From assembly GCA_002269645.1 (NCBI GenBank), contig NIVC01001721.1, forward strand, positions 1 through 54,200: 54,200 nt of DNA, in the 5' to 3' direction. The notes beneath the pieces are model-generated. The model was not told where the DNA came from. It saw only the letters and a program-made list of their open reading frames with translations, and did not search any database. The stretch is from Macrostomum lignano (taxonomy: Eukaryota). The position numbers were made by a program, and so were the translations under genes. Below, piece by piece: positions 48,801 through 54,200 of this stretch (its first letter is position 1; every line of letters starts with the position of its first letter).

Positions 48801-50393
48801 CCCTACCTGGAATGTGGGAAATCCTCGGGAGAGAATCCCTGGTTTTCCCAGGCTGACGGATGGGAAATTTAAGTGGAATAGTCCATCTGGCAGGTGGGAA
48901 ATCCCTCCAACCTACCCTCGCAGAGCTCTGCAAAGCTACGAAGCTGGAGCTCGCCGAGTCCGAGATTCCTGCCCCGCCGGGTTCGATCTGATTCGAGCCA
49001 CTTTTGACTGGAAGGTGACAGTTCATCAACTCAAGTTTGTCTGCTCGCGCGTGCCAGGTGTGATTCTTAATGCTTGTAGAGCAGTTCAATTTTCAAATAC
49101 AGATGTGCAAACCTCAGGACAGGGAGAGCCGAACCTCAGGACAGGGAGAGCCGAACCTCAGGACAGGGAGAGCCGAACCTCAGGACAGGGAGAGCCGAAC
49201 CTCAGGACAGGGAGAGCCGAACCTCAGGACAGGGAGGGACAAACCTCAGGAGAGGGAGGGCCGAACCTCAGGACAGGGAGAGACAAACCTCAGGACAGGG
49301 AGAGCCGAACCTCAGGACAGGGAGAGCCGAACCTCAGGACAGGGAGAGCCAAACCTCAGGACAGGGAGGGACAAACCTCAGGAGAGGGAGGGCCGAACCT
49401 CAGGACAGGGAGAGACAAACCTCAGGACAGGAAGAGCCGAACCCCAGGACAGGGAGAGCCGAACCTCCGGACAGAGGGAGCCAAACCTCAGGACAGGGAG
49501 GGAAAAACCTCAGGAGAGGAGGGCCGAACCTCAGGACAGGGAGAGACAAACCTCAGGACAGGAAAATCAAAACCCATCAGGACAGCGTGAGCAAAACTTC
49601 AGGACAGGGAGAGCCAAACCTCAGGACAGGGAGAATACAACTTCAGTGCAGGGAGAGCCAAACCTCAGGGACAGGGAGAATAAAACTTCAGGACGGGGGG
49701 GCAAATATTCAGGACAGGGAGAATACAACTTCAGGGCAGGGAGAGCCAAACCTCAGGGACAGGGAGAATACATGTACAGCTTCAGGGCAGGGAGAGCCAA
49801 ACCTCAGGGCAGGGAGAATACAACTTCAGGGCAGGGGGAGCAAATATTCAGGACAGGGAGAATACAACTTCAGGACAGGGGGGGGCAAATATTCAGGACA
49901 GGGAGGCCCAGCTTCAGGCCGCAAATCCCGCCACCACCTCAGCGTTCAGACGCAGCCTCGGCTGCATGCGCTCAGCCGCGCTGTCAAAGTGCGCAGCTGC
50001 AGAACGCCGGGCCGGCAGAATCCATTTCAGCCTGTGGCAGATCCGCTGCACCAGCCATGCCAGCTGGACCGAGGCACACCTTGCCGGGCGTGGAGGCGGG
50101 CCAGTCACTGCTTGGAGAACGCCATGACTGAGCAGTGCGGACTGTCTGCCGGCAGCCTGTTCTCAGTGCTGGTGAGGCTGCGAAACACCTTGAGGCGGTT
50201 TGAGATCGGCTGCGATGGAGGCTACTCTGACAAGCGCTACGATCAGGCTATCGGCATCTGGACTCAACAGCGAGTTGCGGCTAATGGCGGATCGCTGATG
50301 GGATATTCTGGGAAGAATTTTCTGACAATAAATTACTGTTGCTGGGTACTTGCTCCAGCTATGGCCGCCACTGCATGCATGTTCACATCTTGA
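45878..50393 (+). CDS. 7-exon gene for a Cys-rich, probably secreted or GPI-anchored protein (about 484 aa); exons 45878-45950, 46378-46579, 46960-47099, 47254-47520, 48269-48431, 48924-49057, 49918-50393
   Basis: All six introns are GT-AG with matching phases (1,2,1,1,2,1); total 1455 nt = 485 codons with no internal stop. Hydrophobic N-terminus (IFQELLVVATAVLIAAA), repeated C-x(n)-C helical pattern, hydrophobic C-terminal tail (WVLAPAMAATACMFTS). Start could be ATG 45752; the exon 7 acceptor (49912 or 49918) and its 5' frame are less certain. Confidence 0.78.
46068..46257 (+). mobile_element. tRNA-derived CORE-SINE in intron 1 of the Cys-rich gene
   Basis: A box TAGCCTAGTGG (46076), B box GGTTCGATTCC (46120), then TGTGTCCTTGAGCAAGACACTTAAC..GCTTCAGTT..CTGTAAAATGG, resembling the MIR CORE domain. 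Confidence 0.85.
46592..46825. repeat. 24-bp minisatellite (GCTGAGCTGCTGTGTCAGGTGTGA), intron 2
   Basis: Directly visible, about 10 copies. Confidence 0.95.
47540..48070. repeat. 31-bp minisatellite (AAGAAGAGGACCAGAGGGTATTGCAGCGGCC), intron 4
   Basis: Directly visible. Confidence 0.95.
48448..48850. repeat. 46-bp minisatellite with internal palindrome GAATCC-TTG-GGATTC, intron 5
   Basis: Directly visible, about 8-9 copies. Confidence 0.9.
49110..49915. repeat. 22-bp minisatellite (AACCTCAGGACAGGGAGAGCCG), intron 6
   Basis: Directly visible; drifts to variants at the 3' end. Confidence 0.93.
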
Positions 50394-50414
50394 GCGGATC
50401 TGGGATCTGTGGCT

Positions 50415-51845
50415 GGCAATGGGATCTGGGAGTGTCTAAAATGGGGATCTGGGAGTGTCTATAATGGGGATCTGGGAGTGTCTATAATGGGGATCTGGGA
50501 GTGTTTAAAATGGGGATCTGGGAGTGTCTAAAATGGGGATCTGGGAGTCTAAAATGGGGATCTGGGAGTGTCTAAAATGGGGATCTGGGAGTCTAAAATG
50601 GGGATCTGGGAGTGTCTAAAATGGGGATCTGGGAGTCTAAAATGGGGATCTGGGAGTGTCTAAAATGGGGATCTGGGAGTGTCTAAAATGGGGATCTGGG
50701 AGTGTCTAAAATGGGGATCTGGGAGTGTCTATAATGGGGATCTGGGAGTGTCTATAATGGGGATCTGGGAGTGTCTATAATGGGGATCTGGGAGTGTCTA
50801 AAATGGGGATCTGGGAGTCTAAAATGGGGATCTGGGAGTGTCTAAAATGGGGATCTGGGAGTCTAAAATGGGGATCTGGGAGTGTCTAAAATGGGGATCT
50901 GGGAGTGTCTAAAATGGGGATCTGGGAGTGTCTAAAATGGGGATCTGGGAGTGTCTAAAATGAGGATCTGGGAGTGTCTAAAATGGGGATCTGGGAGTGT
51001 CTAAAATGGGGATCTGGGAGTGTCTATAATGGGGATCTGGGAGTGTCTATAATGGGGATCTGGGAGTGTCTATAATGGGGATCTGGGAGTGTCTAAAATG
51101 GGGATCTGGGAGTCTAAAATGGGGATCTGGGAGTGTCTAAAATGGGGATCTGGGAGTGTCTATAATGGGGATCTGGGAGTGTCTATAATGGGGATCTGGG
51201 GGAGTTTAAAATGGGGATCTGGGAGTGTCTAAAATGGGGATCTGGGAGTGTCTAAAATGGGGATCTGGGAGTGTCTAAAATGGGGATCTGGGAGTGTCTA
51301 AAATGGGGATCTGGGAGTGTCTAAAATGGGGATCTGGGAGTCTAAAATGGGGATCTGGGAGTTTCTAAAATGGGGATCTGGGAGTGTCTAAAATGGGGAT
51401 CTGGGAGTGTCTAAAATGGGGATCTGGGAGTGTCTAAAATGGGGATCTGGGAGTCTAAAATGGGGATCTGGGAGTGTCTAAAATGGGGATCTGGGAGTGT
51501 CTAAAATGGGGATCTGGGGGTCTAAAATGGGGATCTGGGAGTGTCTAAAATGGGGATCTGGGAGTGTCTAAAATGGGGATCTGGAGTGTCTAAAATGGGG
51601 ATCTGGGAGTGTCTAAAATGAGGATCTGGGAGTGTCTAAAATGGGGATCTGGGAGTGTCTAAAATGGGGATCTGGGAGTGTCTAAAATGAGGATCTGGGA
51701 GTGTCTAAAATGGGGATCTGGGAGTGTCTAAAATGGGGATCTGGGAGTGTCTAAAATGGGGATCTGGGAGTGTCTAAAATGAGGATCTGGGAGTGTCTAA
51801 AATGGGGATCTGGGAGTGTCTAAAATGGGTATCTGGGAGTGTCTA
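50415..51845. repeat. 23-bp G-rich minisatellite (GGGGATCTGGGAGTGTCTAAAAT)
   Basis: Directly visible; starts about 20 nt after the gene stop codon. Confidence 0.95.
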
Positions 51846-52035
51846 AAATAGAGTTCAAGGCATAAAACAATAAAATAAAATTTTTAACGAAAATAACCAA
51901 CTCACAAAGTTCCGGCAAAACTTGGCATGAGCTTGATGAGCTTTGATTCGCAAAATAGAAGTTTTATGTTGCACTGTTTAAGAATTTCTCATTTCGGCAG
52001 AAGGCAAATGTAATTCATGGAGCTTTTTGGTTTCA

Positions 52036-52050
52036 TCCTATATACTAAAA
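52036..52050 (+). mobile_element. Solo Helitron 5' terminus (A|TCCTATATACTAAAA); 3' end not identified
   Basis: 15-mer identical to the array unit starts and preceded by A. Confidence 0.55.
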
Positions 52051-52254
52051 ATTAATTTGCTAAATTTATTAAACGGAGAAAGCACAGCGAACCAGAGTGA
52101 TGGGGCGGGGGGGGCTTGCGCTCGTACCGTTATGTTTATGGCGCTTTAGGCAGAGCAAAACAGTGGGTCATTCAGACGTAAGAAAAAATTCTCAAATGTT
52201 TTTAGTGACGGCGGCAACTCATGCTGGAATGAAAGGAAGGAGAGAAAGGTGAGA

Positions 52255-54125
52255 ATAGGATAGATAAGGGTGAGAGGACAGATAAGGGGTGAGAAGAGAG
52301 ATAAAGAAGAGAGATAAGGGGTGAGGAGAGAGATAAGGGGTGAGAGAGAGATAAGGGGTGAGAAGAGAGATAAGGGGTGAGAGAGATAAGGGGTGAGAAG
52401 AGAGATAAGGGGTGGGAGAGAGATAAGGGGTGAGAAGAGAGATAAGGGGTGAGGAGAGAGATAAGGGGTGAGAAGAGAGATAAGGGGTGAGGAGAGAGAT
52501 AAGGGGTGAGAAGAGAGATAAGGGGTGAGGAGAGAGATAAGGGTGAGAAGACAGATAAGGGTGGGATGAGAGATAAGGGGTGAGAAGACAGATAAGGGTG
52601 GGAGAGAGATAAGGGGTGAGAAGACAGATAAGAGGTGAGAAGAGATAAGGGGTGATGAGACAGATAAGGGTGAGACAAGATAAGGGTGAGGAGAGAGATA
52701 AGGGTGAGAAGACAAATAAGGGTTGGAGAGAGATAAAGGGTGAGAAGACAAATAAGGGTTGAGAAGAGAGATAAAGGGTGAGAAGACAAATAAGGGTTGA
52801 GAAGAGAGATAAAGAGTGAGAAGACAAATAAGGGTTGAGAAGAGAGATAAAGAGTGAGAAGACAAATAAGGGTTGAGAAGAGAGATAAAGAGTGAGAAGA
52901 CAAATAAGGGTTGAGAAAGAGATAAAGAGTGAGAAGACAAATAAGGGTTGAGAAGAGAGATAAAGGGTGAGAAGACAAATAAGGGTTGAGAAGAGAGATA
53001 AAGAGTGAGAAGACAAATAAGGGTTGAGAAGAGAGATAAAGAGTGAGAAGACAAATAAGGGTTGAGAAGAGAGATAAAGAGTGAGAAGACAAGAAGGGTT
53101 GAGAAGAGAGATAAAGAGTGAGAAGACAAATAAGGGTTGAGAAGAGAGATAAAGAGTGAGAAGACAAATAAGGGTTGAGAAGAGAGATAAGGGGTGAGAA
53201 GACAAATAAGGGTTGAGAAGAGAGATAAAGAGTGAGAAGACAAATAAGGGTTGAGAAGAGAGATAAAGAGTGAGAAGACAAATAAGGGTTGAGAAGAGAG
53301 ATAAAGAGTGAGAAGACAAATAAGGGTTGAGAAGAGAGATAAAGAGTGAGAAGACAAATAAGGGTTGAGAAGAGAGATAAAGAGTGAGAAGACAAATAAG
53401 GGTTGAGAAGAGAGATAAGGGGTGAGAAGACAAATAAGGGTTGAGAAGAGAGATAAAGAGTGAGAAGACAAATAAGGGTTGAGAAGAGAGATAAAGAGTG
53501 AGAAGACAAATAAGGGTTGAGAAGAGAGATAAGGGTGAGAGACAAATAAGGGTTGAGAAGAGAGATAAAGAGTGAGAAGACAAATAAGGGTTGAGAAGAG
53601 AGATAAAGAGTGAGAAGACAAATAATGGTTGAGAAGAGAGATAAGGGGTGAGAAGACAAATAAGGGTTGAGAAGAGAGATAAAGAGTGAGAAGACAAATA
53701 AGGGTTGAGAAGAGAGATAAGAGTGAGAAGACAAATAAGGGTTGAGAAGAGAGATAAAGGGTGAGAAGACAAATAAGGGTTGAGAAGAGAGATAAAGAGT
53801 GAGAAGACAAATAAGGGTTGAGAAGAGAGATAAAGGGTGAGAAGACAAATAAGGGTTGAGAAGAGAGATAAGGGGTGAGAAGACAATAAGGGGTTGAGAA
53901 GAGAGATAAAGGGTGAGAAGACAAATAAGGTTGAGAAGAGAGATAAGGGGTGAGAAGACAAATAAGGGTTGAGAAGAGAGATAAAGAGTGAGAAGACAAA
54001 TAAGGTTGAGAAGAGAGATAAGGGTGAGAAGACAAATAAGGGTTGAGAAGAGAGATAAGGGTGAGAAGACAAATAAGGGTTGAGAAAGAGAGATAAAGAG
54101 TGAGAAGACAAATAAGGGTTGAGAA
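52255..54125. repeat. Purine-rich 19-bp minisatellite (GAGAAGAGAGATAAGGGGT) evolving into a 38-bp dimer
   Basis: Directly visible; alternating GAGAAGACAAATAAGGGTT / GAGAAGAGAGATAAAGAGT after about 52720. Confidence 0.95.
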
Positions 54126-54200
54126 GAAGATTAGTTTTTGAGAAGTATGGAGATGACTGTAGGAGGCGCCATGTGCTCAAGCCTCGTACCGAAGGACTTC

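Noticed and set aside
48448-48850. Palindromic 46-bp repeat as CRISPR
   Set aside because: Units are contiguous tandem copies without spacers and lie inside a predicted intron.
52146-54180. Three 548-653 aa minus-strand ORFs
   Set aside because: All three frames are open only because of the repeat monomer.

Overview
Animal genomic DNA, very rich in repeats. TTAGGG tracts and gene style suggest an invertebrate such as a flatworm (inference). Three host genes are supported. (1) A + strand protocadherin with 7 cadherin repeats (73-4249, possible tail exon 6390-6520) carrying several 1-nt frameshifts. (2) A - strand class A GPCR with an uninterrupted ORF (36800-38470). (3) A 7-exon, Cys-rich, probably secreted or GPI-anchored protein gene (45878-50393) that the ORF track shows only in fragments; each of its longer introns holds a different minisatellite or a CORE-SINE. 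About half the window (8803-35677) is a head-to-tail chain of non-autonomous Helitron-type units joined by hairpin-CTAG|TC(C)TATATACTAAAA junctions. Units 2-5 share one layout: a conserved 5' block, a tRNA-Ser-like Pol III cassette, a 23-bp minisatellite and a G-rich 3' repeat. One unit carries a 5'-truncated Ngaro/DIRS-type retrotransposon (27571-31668, - strand). It has split direct repeats, a SAP + zinc-finger ORF1, a candidate -1 slippery site, a (GPAA)n linker and RT-RNase H, but no tyrosine recombinase. Most long ORFs in the track are artefacts of tandem repeats. Apparent homopolymer indels suggest long-read assembly errors, so all frameshift-based claims need read-level checks.
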